The notes: a model not told the origin generated them from the sequence alone. A stretch of 64,000 nt of DNA from Chrysomallon squamiferum (GCA_012295275.1 CM022672.1:8556001-8620000); one strand, 5' to 3'; positions 28,481 to 43,099 are shown, numbered from the stretch's first letter. Program-made: numbers and translations.

Positions 28481-29015
28481 ACGCTATCTGTATAGGTGAA
28501 TGGTATATTAATGTGTACGATCATACTGATGAATTAGTTTGTGTTACATGTGTATATGTATGAATGAATATACAAAATAAATAACAACAATAAACTAGAA
28601 AATTTCAAGAAAATTGAAAACACACAATAAAACTAACACATTTTTAAAAAAGTTTCGGACAGCTTAAGAATAAATGGATGTTCTCACCAGTTCGAAATTA
28701 AGAAAAGGTCGTATTGACAGAGTATTGCTACAGATGTTTCCTGTTATCAGTTCAAATTTAAACAACAAATAATTTAAAATAGTTATTAAGAAATATATTT
28801 ACATATTTATATAATCTGAATTATCAAATTAAGTTAACGCAGTGAAGCGATCTGTAGCAGAAGAATTAGAAATAAACACAGCACACAGATAACATCACTA
28901 AACAATATGTCACTACACACATCAAATTGTTACATCACATTCACCAATAATTGCGTTTTACCCTGACACTCGCTCACATCTCTGGTTTTATCAGTTGTTC
29001 CAGTTATGAACAGTC

Positions 29016-29060
<45 letters not shown>

Positions 29061-29935
29061 TACACAACAAAGTATTATATCACATTCACTAAAAACGTAC
29101 AAATTCAATAATATTGATAAAAGATCTACAAACTAGCACCTTATTTTTGCGATAATAGAAGATATACAAAACAAAGTTTTTGCAATATTTGATTCAAATG
29201 TTATGTAAAAAAGACATTGCCTTCCAATAACTAAATTTCATGCTGACAACACTTCTGTATAAAAAGGACTCAAGATGTCTAAATAAACTCTAAGATAAAT
29301 TCATGTTCATATATTTTGCAATTTGTATCACAGTAATTGTAGAACGTTTCTTTAATGCTGTTTTATAACCCCACATAAATCTGAAAAACCATTTTGGAAT
29401 TTCTTTGTCTAGCCATCGAGGAACATGAATCTTAATATACAATATAGATGACAATTAAGTATATAATATTACGGCTTTTCAACTGAATGTAAGTATCCGA
29501 TGTTTCCGTAAATTAATTAAACAATTTGATTTTTCTATTTTACTTTTCCAGTTCATACGTTCATGTAATGGTTTATTATTCTAAATATATATACCAAGAA
29601 TTTGAATACAATTCATCCAAAAAAGATTTGTATGAAATTCAAATGTGAATTCGTCTAAACCCAGAGGTTTATTTATTTTTTTTTTTGATTCTTTTCAGAC
29701 TATTTGTTAATTCTTCCAACGAGGTCTAATTATCACAGTTTGCTTCTTAAAACACATTAAATAACTTTAAAATTATGTTTCTTTTTCAAAATCAACATCT
29801 TCTTTTTAATATAGTTTTGAGTAAAAGTTATACATATTCTAAAATAACTTCTGTTTTTCTGGTATTTAATTCCTTAACATCACTGGATTCCTCTTCTAAA
29901 TTAAATAAGAAAAAAACATTGTTTTTATTTGATTA

Positions 29936-30074
<139 letters not shown>

Positions 30075-30175
30075 TATTATCATTACACACACACATCAAA
30101 TGGGAAAACCTATCCACTGACGACAAAAGCCAGTCCACTTGCATAATTATAATTTGAATAATAATAATAATAATA

Positions 30176-30226
<51 letters not shown>

Positions 30227-30786
30227 TTTCATATTCTGTAACTTGAAAAAAGAAAGAAAAAGAAAATAAATAGATTACAAACGGTCACCCTACATGTGAG
30301 GCAAAATGTATGCCTGCACGATCATGAAAAAAAGAAGAAAAAAGGTATTGACCTCTTGCACATGTGTTCAGGTTACAAAGTGATTAGGATAACAAATCGT
30401 AATGTGACACACGTCCCCATATTAAACTATTAATTGAAGAATTTGATTTTAGATATCATAACTTAATAAAGCTTTTGTTTATGAGAGCTGAGTAAAATAT
30501 GGAAGTATAATTAAATAAAGAAGTTACTTTTAATTCCTGACAAACGCTAGCTAATAAATATACATGTGTATGTTTCTGTGTATGCATATGTATATAGTTA
30601 TGTATGTATGTATGCGTATTTGTATATATGTTGTGCATACATGTATATGTCTATATATTTATCTCTCTCTCTCTCTCTTTGTACATACGTTATGCGTGTA
30701 CATATATTAGATATTCAGTTAATAAAATTGTATCACAGATCACGTCATTGTTGAAATATTGTTATTATCACATAAAACTGGACATC

Positions 30787-31943
30787 TCAAAGTCCAGACA
30801 AAATAGCGGCTGCTACCATTGTGACTGTAACTATAAGACTCATACTCAGAGAGCACGCTTTTGAAACGGATCCTGAAACAATAATAATAACGAAAGTTAA
30901 TAATTGTAAACCTGTCAACAAATTTTAATGAAAACTAATCTATAACTGTGCTTCTAAACTTAACAAGTGTGATAAGAAGTGTGATATTAAACTTAACAAG
31001 CGTGATTGTAAACTTAACAATAAATGTGATTGTAAACTTAAGAAAAAGTGTGACTACAAACCTAACAAATGTGACTGTAAACTTAACAATATGTGCGTCT
31101 GTAAATTTTACAAGTGTGACTGTAAACTCACAAATAGGTGTAACTGAAAACTCAAAATTAAGCGTGACTCTAAACTTAACAAGAACTGTGACAGTAAACC
31201 TAACAAGAAATGTGACTGTAACTGTAACAACAAGTATGACTATAAACATAATAAATATGACTGTAAACTTATCAACAAGTGTAACCGGAGACTTAACAAT
31301 ACGTGCGAATATAAACTAAACAAATAAAAAGTGTGACTGTAAACGTAACAACAAGTGTGACAGTAAACGTAACAAAAAATGTGACTGTAAACTTATCATC
31401 AAGTGTGAATGTAAACTTAACAACAAGTGTGACTGTAAGGTCAACAAATATGACTGTAATACTTGACAACCAGTTGACTGTAAATGTGCCTGTAAATTTA
31501 AAAGTGTGACTGTAAACTTAACAAGTGTGACTTTAGACTTATCAACAAGTGTGATGGTAAACGTAACAGTAAATGTGGCTGTAAACTTAACAATAAGTGT
31601 AACTGCAAACTAACAATACGTGTGACCGTAAACTTACCACGAAGTGTCATTGTAGCTTTTGTATCACCGGTAGAACACAACCACTCTCCAACGTCGTTGC
31701 TTGAACTGAAGTGATCGATGGTGACGGTGTAAGACGTTGCTGATACTAATTCAGACCTGTAACCGATGACTTGGCTCATGCAGCTTCTGGTGTCACACAC
31801 AGCAACAACTAAATTATCCAGTGGTCGGTTGAAGACGATTTTCCCTTCTACAGACCCACTGATGACGTCACAGGTCAAGGTCAGAGATTGACCTTCCTTG
31901 GGTTCACCCGCAGTTTTCTTTATAGTCAGCTCTACACTTGCTA

Positions 31944-32008
<65 letters not shown>

Positions 32009-32797
32009 TCATGATCATGATAATAATAATGAAAATAATAATAATATCATTACTGCTTCTAGTACTAATATTAATAATGATAATATTAATAAAGTAGTGT
32101 GTAGTAATAGTAGTAGTAGTAGTAGTTGTAGTAGTAATAGTAATAACAACAATAATAATTAATTTGGACTTAGGGCTGATGTATTGGCTGCAGTTCTAAA
32201 TGGTACAGTGATTAATTGATTTTAGTAGACAGTAAAAAGATAAAAAAAAAAAATTAAAAAAATTAAGTTTGCAAACTTCTTATGTAAGAGCTAGTCAACA
32301 AAATCTTTACATCAGCTTGTTCACATTTAACAGATTGTCACAAATCAGTCGAGGACGTTACAGACCAGTATTTAAAAAAAAAAACACCCAAAAACAACCC
32401 AAAACCACCTCGTCTAATGACCGGAAGTTTGGGTAAAGTCAGTGAGGTGCGAATAACGTAAACGTGTTTGCAAGTGTGACCGTAAACTTACCACGAAGTG
32501 TCATTGTAGCTGTTTTATCACCGGTAGAACACGACCACTCTCCAACGTCGTTGCTTGAATTGAAGTGATCGATGGTGACGGTGTATGACGTTGCTGATAC
32601 TAATTCAGACCTGTAACCGATGACTTGGCTCATGCAGCTTCTGGTGTCACACACAGCAACAACTAAATTATTCAGTGGTCGGTTGAAGAAGATTTTCCCT
32701 TCTACAGAACCACTGATGACGTCACAGGTCAAGGTCAGAGATTGACCTTCCTTGGGTTCACCTGAAGTTTTCTTTAAGGTCAGCTCTACAGCTGTTA

Positions 32798-32874
<77 letters not shown>

Positions 32875-32883
32875 GAATAAGAA

Positions 32884-32920
<37 letters not shown>

Positions 32921-33692
32921 TGAGTAACAACAATAACAATTAATTTGGACTAAGGGCTCACATTACGTCCATTACGTCCGCGTTTCTAAGTGATAAAAGT
33001 GATTATTAGAACTTAGTGGCCATTAAAATGATAATAAATTTTAATCTGTTAGTTTGTAAATGTCTTATGTAAGAGCCAGACAACAACATCTGCACGTCAG
33101 CTTGTTCACATTTAACAGATTGTCAGAAATCAATCGATGGACAGTACAGACCGTTGGGAATATAACAACAACAACAACAACACGATTTTGAAACGGATCT
33201 TGAAAAGAAAAATATACTACTACTGCTGCTGCTGCTGCTGCTGTTGCTGCTACTACTACTACTACTAATAATAATAATAATAATAGTACTACTACTGCTA
33301 AATAATAATAATAATAATCACAACAACAACAACAACGACAACGACAACAATAATAATGTTACTATTAATACTGCTACTGCTATGACTACAGATTTTATTA
33401 CAACACCTCTAGGCTCTACTGTAGTGTTATTACAATTACTACTACTACTACTACAACAACTATACTTATTACTTCTATTACCATTGTTATTATTCCTAGT
33501 CAATACTATTAATACTACGAAAATATATGTTACTAGTACTGCTACCACCACTACTACTATTAATATTACTGCTGCTGCAATAGTACTATATAAATAACAG
33601 AATATCAACACGAGTGTTTTACAGATATATGTACCTTGAGCCCTTGTTGAAATTGACAAAAGAAGAAAGAGAAAACACAACACATGCCCCAT
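30787..33692 (-). CDS. Secreted or GPI-anchored protein with two near-identical Ig-like domains (~248 aa)
   Basis: Exons 33692-33635 (signal peptide MGHVLCFLFLLLSISTRAQ), 32791-32492 and 31940-31638 (phase 1-1 Ig exons: EGQSLTLTC..CDTRSC..YTVTIDHF..DVGEW.C) and 30872-30787 (GSVSKACSLSMSLIVTVTMVAAAILSGL*, a hydrophobic C-terminus with no cytoplasmic tail). All junctions are GT-AG and in frame. Confidence 0.8.
30945..31635. repeat. ~24-bp minisatellite derived from the donor region of the second Ig exon
   Basis: Units AAGTGTGACTGTAAACTTAACAAC match the junction GTGTGACCGTAAACTTAC at 31620-31637. Confidence 0.8.
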
Positions 33693-33764
33693 TCTGTATC
33701 TAGAAATCAGAAAAATAATAAATCAATTAACAAAATGATAAATCAAATCAAATGAATCAGATGA

Positions 33765-33805
<41 letters not shown>

Positions 33806-35409
33806 ATTCTTGTGACAATGACAAGAGGAAAACACGTTTTCTTCATAAACACATCAAATCTATAAGATTTCTTCACAGGCGATTTTGGTTCAAAATGACT
33901 CGTTCGGAAAATCAAGCCCCACCCCACCCCCAAAATAAAAAGAAGAAAAAAAAAAAAAAAAATAATATAAGATTAGAGATATAAAAAATATTTCACTTTA
34001 TTATGACAATGTCAAAAGCTCTAAGAATTTTCCTGAGAACAGATACATTACATTAAACTAACTTAACGGATGACACTGACTTATCTCCAGCAACTTGGTA
34101 AGTGTATCCTTGTTTTCGTGACTCACATATCATTGTCATTGCGCCCCAGACAACTATCCCACATTTTTCTTCACATATGCCATTCAGAATGATTTTTAAG
34201 CAACATTCCAATAGAATAGTCAAAGTGTTACATTAAAGTTGATTAAAGGCATTTGGATTACTAATTCCAATAAATTAATCAAAGCTAACCAGAATCAGCT
34301 AATTACTAATTAAACTTGATCAAAGGCATTTGGATTATTTTGATCTGCTAAAGCTTCTGCTAAAACATCTTATAAAAATTACCTAACATCAAAGCTAACT
34401 AGAGACAGCTAATTATTAATTCAGGCTAATTAGATTCCTTTGTTTTGGCAAATGATCTATAATTGAGATGAATGAGACAGTATTTAAGGTCATGTCTTGT
34501 AGCAAAACTATTATATTCTATAAGATGGAGTTCACTGAGTCAGACATTTTAAAGAAAGCACTCATGAACTGAAAATATTTGGTACTTGTGAAAAAGAAAG
34601 CAAATGTTTTAAGAACAAGACCAGCACTGTGAAGCTGATCATTATGAACCTAAGTGTTATTATAGGATCTAACAAATCTATGTGAGCTTCTGTTGGGCTG
34701 CTTTTGGGCTCATTTTTGTTTACCTGTAATAAATAATGTTAATAATGGAACCAAAAACAGTTTATTATAATATTGTATTATATGCTCTGTCACTGTAACG
34801 TATAATTAAAAAATGGTTTTTTTTTTTTTTATTCATTTTTATAATTCAAAACCAAAAGTTAAAATTAATTAATAAATAAAATACTTTAAACATTTAAGGT
34901 TTTATTTTGTTTTCTTCTGATATTTTTCGTAGTTGTTTTTCACCTCCGTCCTTAATTTAATAGGCTGAACGGTTCATTTGTGCATGTCCTAAAAATGATT
35001 TTGAATACATTTTGTTCTTCACTGACTGATAAGGAAAATTCGTTGGATTCTGGCATTGCCAGTCATACTGACGATGGTCGATTTTAACAAAAGAAGATTC
35101 AGTAAATATTGCCACTTTCGTTTGGTGGGAGGAACGTAAATATATTTCCAAAAAGTCGGATTTTCGCATTGTGTTTCAAAAAGTGGCGGATACAAACACA
35201 TGGATTTCACATGGAAAACTGTTTCCCACGAGTTCACCATTTTACTACCACCTTTCCATGTTTTTCTACCTCCTTTGACTTACATAAACATATCTTAAAA
35301 AAGATCTGTGATATTTCATATCACTTTTTTTCATAAAGAAAAACAACATTTTTGATTCGCAGTTAAAAATGTGACTATTTTAAGTTATAATTTTGTATTC
35401 GTTATAGTT

Positions 35410-36470
35410 TATTATTTCAGTTCAGACATTAAAGTTGAGTTTTGGAGTCTAAGATAAAAGAAGTAAAGTTTAGTTTCGGAAACGTTTTATCTAAAAAGCC
35501 GTTTGTGTCGTTGTTAACAAACAGTTTAGCAATCGTTGTACATTAGGACAGAAATTAAACACTTCTACAGAAAACACGTTTGTAAATGAAGTTTTAAATC
35601 TAATATTCATCTGTACTTACCTGTATAAAATTAACAGATTTTCTCAACAAAATGTTTGTTTCAAAATCTTTTGAGGAAATGGAAACTCAGCCTCTAATCT
35701 ATAAATAAAACTTGGAAAACCCGTTGATGTATTCTAAATTTAGTCATCCAATTGCCGAAGCAAATTAACAGATTGTTAATTTATTTGTTTGTTTGTTTGT
35801 TTCTTTCTTTCTTTGTCTGATTGAGTTGTATAAATATAAATAAAGTTTTATCTGTACTTACCTATGGAAAATTAACAGATTTTCTCAACAAAGTGATTGT
35901 TCAAACTCATTCCGTAATCTTTAAATATAACTGGGAAACCCCGTCTAAATTTAGCCCATGGCCAGAGGCAAATTAACAGATTGTTTATTATTATTATTTT
36001 TTTTTATTATTTACATAATTATTTATCTATTTATTTATTTGCATAATTATTTAGTTATTTATTTACGTAATTATTCTTAATTATTTTTCTTTTCTTGGCT
36101 GTAATTTTATCGTTCTTTTTATTAACAGGAAGCGCAGAACAACAAATCATACTTACCTCCCTTCATTTAAAAATGCACTCGATAATTTAAAAACCTGTGT
36201 TATTTCATCACATTTTTATTTTTATTTTATTATTACTATTTTTATTATTATCATGTTTTTTGTATCTTTGTATATTTGTCCTTACACCCGAAAAAAACCT
36301 TTTTATAAACATATATTTAAAATATTTTTCTTTGACAATTTAAAACATCATTGTGTTCTTTCTTAAATGTTATTCATTAAGTTTATTATTTTGTTTCAGA
36401 CATTTAGACATAATGAAATTAATTAAAGTTGAGATATTTTAGCTAAGAATATTAGTTTCGGATACATTTT
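35410..36470 (-). promoter_or_regulatory. Copy of the MIB gene A/B upstream block lying 5' of the Ig gene
   Basis: 35460-35845 aligns by eye with 6403-6790 and 23984-24300. GGAAATGGAAACT at 35675-35687, GGAAAACCC at 35714-35722 and GGGAAACCCC at 35933-35942. Donors at ~35620, ~35860 and ~36156. Confidence 0.65.
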
Positions 36471-37118
36471 ATTACTTTACCCACACATACATTCATAAAT
36501 ATATAAACACGTACACATATATAATATATACATGCACACATACATACGTAAATATCTACTCATTTACATTCACCCATATGGTCATCAAGAGGTTATGTGC
36601 TATTTTATTTATTTTGTTACTTTTGTTAATAATCATAATAATTCTTATGTTTTTTATTTGTTAACTGATATTTCTGGTATTTTATTGTGAATAGTAAGAA
36701 CTATACTGTTATCTTACTAATTCTGATAATGTATCTTTATTATCTTACTAATTCTGATAATGTATCTTTAAAATATGACAACTGATATTTATTATTATTC
36801 GTTGTTTTTTGTTGTTGTTGTTATTATTATATACCATTGAAGGGTATATTAGTAATGAATAGTTAAAACCATGTATGTTCTTCTTCTGCACAAGAATGTT
36901 TAGCTCAGTTCATCATAGCAACAACAAATGTGTGTGTGTGTGTGTGACAAGAATGAAAATAAAACAAAAGTAAGAACATCTTTATACTTTTCGAATATCT
37001 AGTAGATTACATATTTTGACATTTTGTTCAGGGACCAGATTTAGGTAATGTAACTGGCGTATTTTTGTTAAATAAAAAAAAAAAACAAAGACTGTGATTG
37101 TTATTATCAATTTTATTA

Positions 37119-37893
37119 TTAATTAAGGTTAGTTAATTCAGTGATTTTCTCCTGGTTCATAGCAACTTCCGCTCCACAGAGTGGACATGATGTCACCCTC
37201 ATAACACATTCTCCACACATCATCGTGTGATTACAGGGGTGAAATTTGACGTCAGCTTCACGTGTAAAACACTCACAACAAAGCAGCATGTCTGAAGGTC
37301 CTTCACTAGAGTTGTCTCCCCTGAAACATTAAAATGAACAAATTGGTGACGATATATAGTAATTTGTTTACTTATTTATTTATTTGTTTATTTCTTTGTT
37401 TGGTTGGTTGGTTTTCTTTAGAATTTATGAATTCTATTTGTACTTTTGTCATTTCCAATTATTAAGAAAATGTAATCTATATTTTTTAATGATTTTTTGT
37501 TTTGCTGCTAGTTCAGTTGTAAACAGTTCAAGAAATACGTTTAGCTTCATCCTCGTTTGTCAGATGAGCAATTATCCTTGTATTCACGTTCAGTTCAGTG
37601 CAAAATTATCCCTGTGTTCTAAATAAAAATAAAAACTTCTGGATTTGACAAACCGAGGTGAAGATAACTCTTTTATGACCTTATAAATAATTTGTATTTG
37701 AATTAGCAGCAACACAATTCATATTCTGTATAACCCGTGACTTCAAGAAGACCTAATCTGTATGAATACTATGTAAATACAGACTATGTTTTTATATTTC
37801 TAAACCTTTAATAAATTTACATCATTTGACGTGAATTTTATCGCACTTTCATGACACGTTCTTAAAAACAAAATTATTATTATTATTATTATT

Positions 37894-37962
<69 letters not shown>

Positions 37963-38637
37963 TGTACCCTCCTTCAAGTGTCCGTTCAACAGCTCTTTTC
38001 AGATTTCTGTTTTGACAAACATCAAGAGCTGTATGACCATGAATATCCTTTATATTTACATCTGCCCCATTCTCTAACAGAAATAAAACGATAGTTCTTC
38101 TCACATTAGGTGAAATCTAGTGAAAAAAAAAAAAAAAGAAGCAAATAAATATGTGTTTTAATGCTCCACAACCCAAATACAACGGTAAAACTGAATAAGG
38201 CTCGGAAGGAATCAGGAAATGGCTACAGATGACGGATGCTATTAAAATAATTTGTTTTAAACAACACAGAGAAGAAACAAATTTTAGTTTGACAGAAATA
38301 TTGTAAACAAAAACATTACTCGGAATCAGATGATGGCCGTCAGTAATCATCAATATTCCACATAATCATCCGTAATCCACATGATTCTCAGTGATCCACA
38401 TACTTCCAAACATGTCTACTTTATTCTTAACATATCTACTTAATTTTCCCTAAATCTATATAATTCTCAACACATCTACTAATTCATATCATATCCACAT
38501 ATTTCTTAACATATCTACATAATTCTGAAGACATCTACATAATTTTCAGCATGTCTGTTTAATTCTTAACAAGTCTACACAATTCTCAACATACTGATGG
38601 TAATTCAACTATGGTAAAAAAAAATGTAATGAGAGCA

Positions 38638-38712
<75 letters not shown>

Positions 38713-40427
38713 CTTTATGCAGTGTTATAGTTTGTACGGGTATCATTAAACGTACGGTATAAAAGAGTTTCTGATAAAACAATGTACTTGCCTTACGTTG
38801 ATCTACGTTATTCATTGACAAATACAGCGGCGTGCGATTTTCAGCATCAACAGCATTGACATCAGCACCTTGAACACAGAGTTGTTACTTTTATATAGAA
38901 GTAGGGTTGACAGGTATAAAGACAAGTAGTGTTGTCACGTTTATGTATAATTAGTTGTCATGTTTATAGACAAGTAGTCACAAGTAGTCACAATTATACA
39001 CAATAAGAGTTGTCAAAGTAGTTTTCACATTTATATACAAGTAGATGTCAAATTTACAATCTTTAAATATAAAGTATACAAACAGCCATCATCAGTATTA
39101 CTACCATCATCATCATTTCATCACTTCTGTTAATAGTTATAACTGATAGCAGTATTACCATACATCACCATCATCATATCATCACTTCTGTTAATAGTTA
39201 TAACTGATACTAGAATTACTATATATCATCAACCTATCATCATTTCTGTCATAGTTATAAATGATAACAGGATTACTGTAAATCATCATCATATGATCAC
39301 TTCTGTCAATTATAACTGATACTAGAAGTACTATACATCATCATCATATCATTACTTCTCTCATAATTATAACTGACACCAGTATTACTATACATCATCA
39401 TCATATCATTACTTCTCTCATAATTATAACTGATACCAGTATTACCACCACTTCTGTCATAGTTATAACTGATACAAGAATTACTATACGTCATCATCAT
39501 ATCATTACTTCTGTCATAATTATAACTGATACCAGTATTACTATACATCATCATCATATCATTACCTCTCTCATAATTATAACTGACACCAGAGCTGTAA
39601 CAGAATTATCCAGCCCATGGAAAGATGTGACTTACCAAGAGACACAAGAGCTTTAACAGTTTCTAGAAAACAACATGAAGTGGCCACATGTAACACGGTT
39701 CTTTTAGTATGATTTACTTTGACATTGACATCTGCTCCCTACAAAAAAATAAATAAAAAATAATAATAGCAATAATAATAAGTAAATAAAGTAAAACAAA
39801 TTAAAAAAAGAATTATTGAATTTTATTTTTTATGAAGTGTTGTTTCTATAAATTATAGAATTAATTTATCTCAACTGTTACCTGTACAAAATACATATTT
39901 AATTACCTAAATTTTATGTTTACCTCTCATAATCTTTATTTTACAGTAACAGCCTGTTATCTTTGTTTATCTGTAATAATCTATATTCTCTTTGTTTGCT
40001 TGTAATAACCTATGTAACCAATCTTTACCTTAAATAATCTTTGTTTTCCTGTAATAATCTTTTATCTGTGTACCTGTGATAATGAATGTTATTTTTGCTT
40101 ACTAAGAAATAATCTATGTTATTATTGTTTGCCTGTAATAATCTATAGCATCTTTGTTTATCTGTAATAATCTATGTTATCTGTATTAATCTGTGTGTAT
40201 GTATTTATTTCTGTTTACCTCTAAATTGTATGATATCTATATTTACCTGTTCAGTAAGAATTCTAATTATTTTTGAGTTATCTTTTAAAGTAGCGAGAGT
40301 CAGAGCTGTCAGACCATCTGCTGTGACAGCATCGATGATGTTCTTATTTCTCTGGAGAATCCTTTTAATTATCCTGTCTCAAATAACATCACAACATGTT
40401 ATATATACATATGTGTATGTGTATGTG

Positions 40428-40480
<53 letters not shown>

Positions 40481-42777
40481 ACTAAGAAATGGATTGAGCT
40501 GGAAATCATTCTTCAAAGTTTAGATTCATAAAGACTAGTTAATTCACATGTAGGGACATACAAGTAAGTAATTTTCATTCCATGTTTGTGTGAGCTGTAT
40601 CTGGGTATACAACTGAGTTTTATTTAGTGCATGGCAAAATGAAGATTCCACATTGAAGAATTCTCTGTTTAAAGGATGCAGACTGTGTTTTCTTGTCTGG
40701 TCACTCTTATCATCCTTAAGATGTATAATTTATATGTGTTTATGGAGTGAATATGGATCACTTGTTTACAAAATCTATAAACCTTGTATTAAATTTGTTT
40801 TCATGGATATTTGAGAGATGTTTTTGTTATATCACTAAAAATAACATAATGTTGTGGCATTTTACCTCTCTCTCCCGTGAAACACAGCCCAGTGTAGAGG
40901 GTTGAATCCTTTCTCATTGGTGATGGTCAGATCAAGGCTTGGTGAAGTGAGAAGTATTTCAGCACAGGCAGTTTTGTCTTCAGCTATAGCATCATGGAGA
41001 GGAGTATCACCTATTGAGTCCTAAACAGGTGTGAAGAAAATGAAAAAGGAACTACATATCTATATCTTATATTACATGATATTACACAGAAAGAGTCATT
41101 CTAAAAACATTCTCATATACGTATAGCATAGTGTGAGATAGGGAACAAGAAAACAGAATATTAGACCAGAAAAACAATCGAAGAGACACATGAATAATAG
41201 GTCTAACAAATACAGACATACTTATTATAGAGAGATTATATACAAAAAGAAGATAAATACCTTTTTTACCATTTCACAATTATTTAATAACTTTTCCTGA
41301 TTTATTATTAAACATTTTTATTTTACCTGGACATTGACACGACATCCATGCTGTATGAGTTCTAGAACGAGAACTGGCTCTCCTCTAAGTGCAGCAACAT
41401 GAATAACGCTTCTATGGTTGTAGTTGTACGTTTCAACATCAGTCCCAGCATCTATTAAAACACGTGCAATATCTGTGTGCTTTCTGTAATTAGAAAATAG
41501 TAAAATGCAGCTTTCAAGCAAATAATAAACTATGGTTTATGTGTTACCTGAAAGATACAAGGCTGTGGAAATAAAACAATAAAACATTTAATTATTATAC
41601 TTGGATTATTATTATTTTTTGTTGTTGTTTTTGTCATTATCACTGCCATTACAATTATATATTATTTATTTATTTATTAAAAGTGTTATTTACCTATCAA
41701 TGGCTACATGAAGAGCTGTGTTTCCACTTATGGTTGTCGTATTAAGACTAATTCCATGTTGTACAAGAAGTTTGACAATTTCCACATTCCCCTCAACTGT
41801 CGCTATGTGCAGACATTCTGTAGCAGTTTTTCCATCACTAGCAATCTATCACAAATCAAGACAGTGAATTTTGGGACATAATACTTGTGAAATCTTTAAC
41901 AACAGTAACATCCCAACACATCAGATAATGATATACACATTGTTTCATATAATATCAAGTCTTTTGCCTACACACTCAGAGAAAACTCACACATTAGTAA
42001 TGAATAAAAATATTACTAACAAGTTCTGGCTTTCTCTGTACAATTTCTTTCACTTTTTCTACGTCTCCTGAATGTGCTGCTTTCAGAAGTGTTATAGAGC
42101 CGTCATCCACAGGACACAGATATGTTAGCAGACGTTGTACTTCAGCTAAAAATAAAAAATAAAATTTAATTTAAAAAATCCAATTTCTAAATCATGACTA
42201 TTACATTAAGTTTGATATTCAGTAAAAACTGTTTATTAGTAAACATTGATATAGAGTTACAAAAAATTATTAGTAAAAACTGATATCTAGTAACAATGAT
42301 TAGTAAATACTGATATATTAATAATGAGTCGATAAGATCGTAACTATGTGATCATTTTATGATGAAGATGAAACAACAAACTAACCAAACTTGGGTTGTT
42401 CTCCAGTACGACAGAATTCAGTTTGGTCACGCCAATCCACAGAACTCAAAGGTGACTCAGAGGCTTCAACGCAGCAGTCAGGGTCAAACGAGAAAGTGTT
42501 TGATCCAAATTTAACAATGACATCACCATCTGAGTCAGTTTTTACAACCCTGCCCACTTTACCCAGAACCTGCAATAACAGAGACAGATGCTGATATAGA
42601 TTAGACATCGTCCTGTGACACACGTTTTGGTAGCACTTTCTAAATAAGAGTTTAGAGCATAATAAATACCTGTTCTATATCGTCCGTCCATATTTGGTGT
42701 TTTTCCTGAAGATCTTTCACTTTGACTTGGTCATTGAGGATTTTCACTTTACTCCCCACTTTAAATCGTTCACTCAT
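37119..42777 (-). CDS. Mind bomb-like gene C lacking MZM: MIB repeat + ankyrins + single C3HC4 RING (~512 aa)
   Basis: Exons 42777-42670 (MSERFKVGSKVKILND..LQEKH..W; an in-frame stop lies just upstream of the ATG), 42569-42386, 42145-42021, 41845-41694, 41483-41327, 41020-40866, 40373-40247, 39738-39636, 38868-38792 (GC donor), 38116-37968 and 37320-37119 (CCECFTREADVKFHPCNHTMMCGECVMRVTSCPLC). In frame throughout. Confidence 0.85.
39080..39590. repeat. ~58-bp intronic tandem repeat
   Basis: Units of TATAACTGATACCAGTATTACTATACATCATCATCATATCATTACTTCT(C/G)TCATAAT. Confidence 0.85.
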
Positions 42778-43052
42778 AGATGTGTTTCTGAAAGTCTACA
42801 GAGTTTCGTCAGTTTAACACAGTACCTGTCAGAAGTAAAACAAAAATTAAATTAAAAAAAACCTACTTCTTAGCTTTGTACTTTAATAAATTTTAGTGAG
42901 GTCTGAAATCAGCTTCGTTAAGTTCAAGTAGTAAAATTAACATTAACATCATCTCACACGCACACGCACACACACACTCACTCACACACAGCGACACACA
43001 CACACAGACACACATGCACAAAAACACACACACATACTCACACACACAAACA

Positions 43053-43099
<47 letters not shown>

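Noticed and set aside
30935-31319. Thr/Val/Asn-rich ORFs on both strands
   Set aside because: Products of the 24-bp intronic minisatellite.
31638-32791. Positive selection between the two Ig exons
   Set aside because: About 8 replacement vs 4 silent changes is not an excess once site numbers are considered.
34935-35340. Higher-complexity segment with three short overlapping ORFs
   Set aside because: No recognisable motif or TIR pair. It may be a transposon fragment, but I cannot support that.
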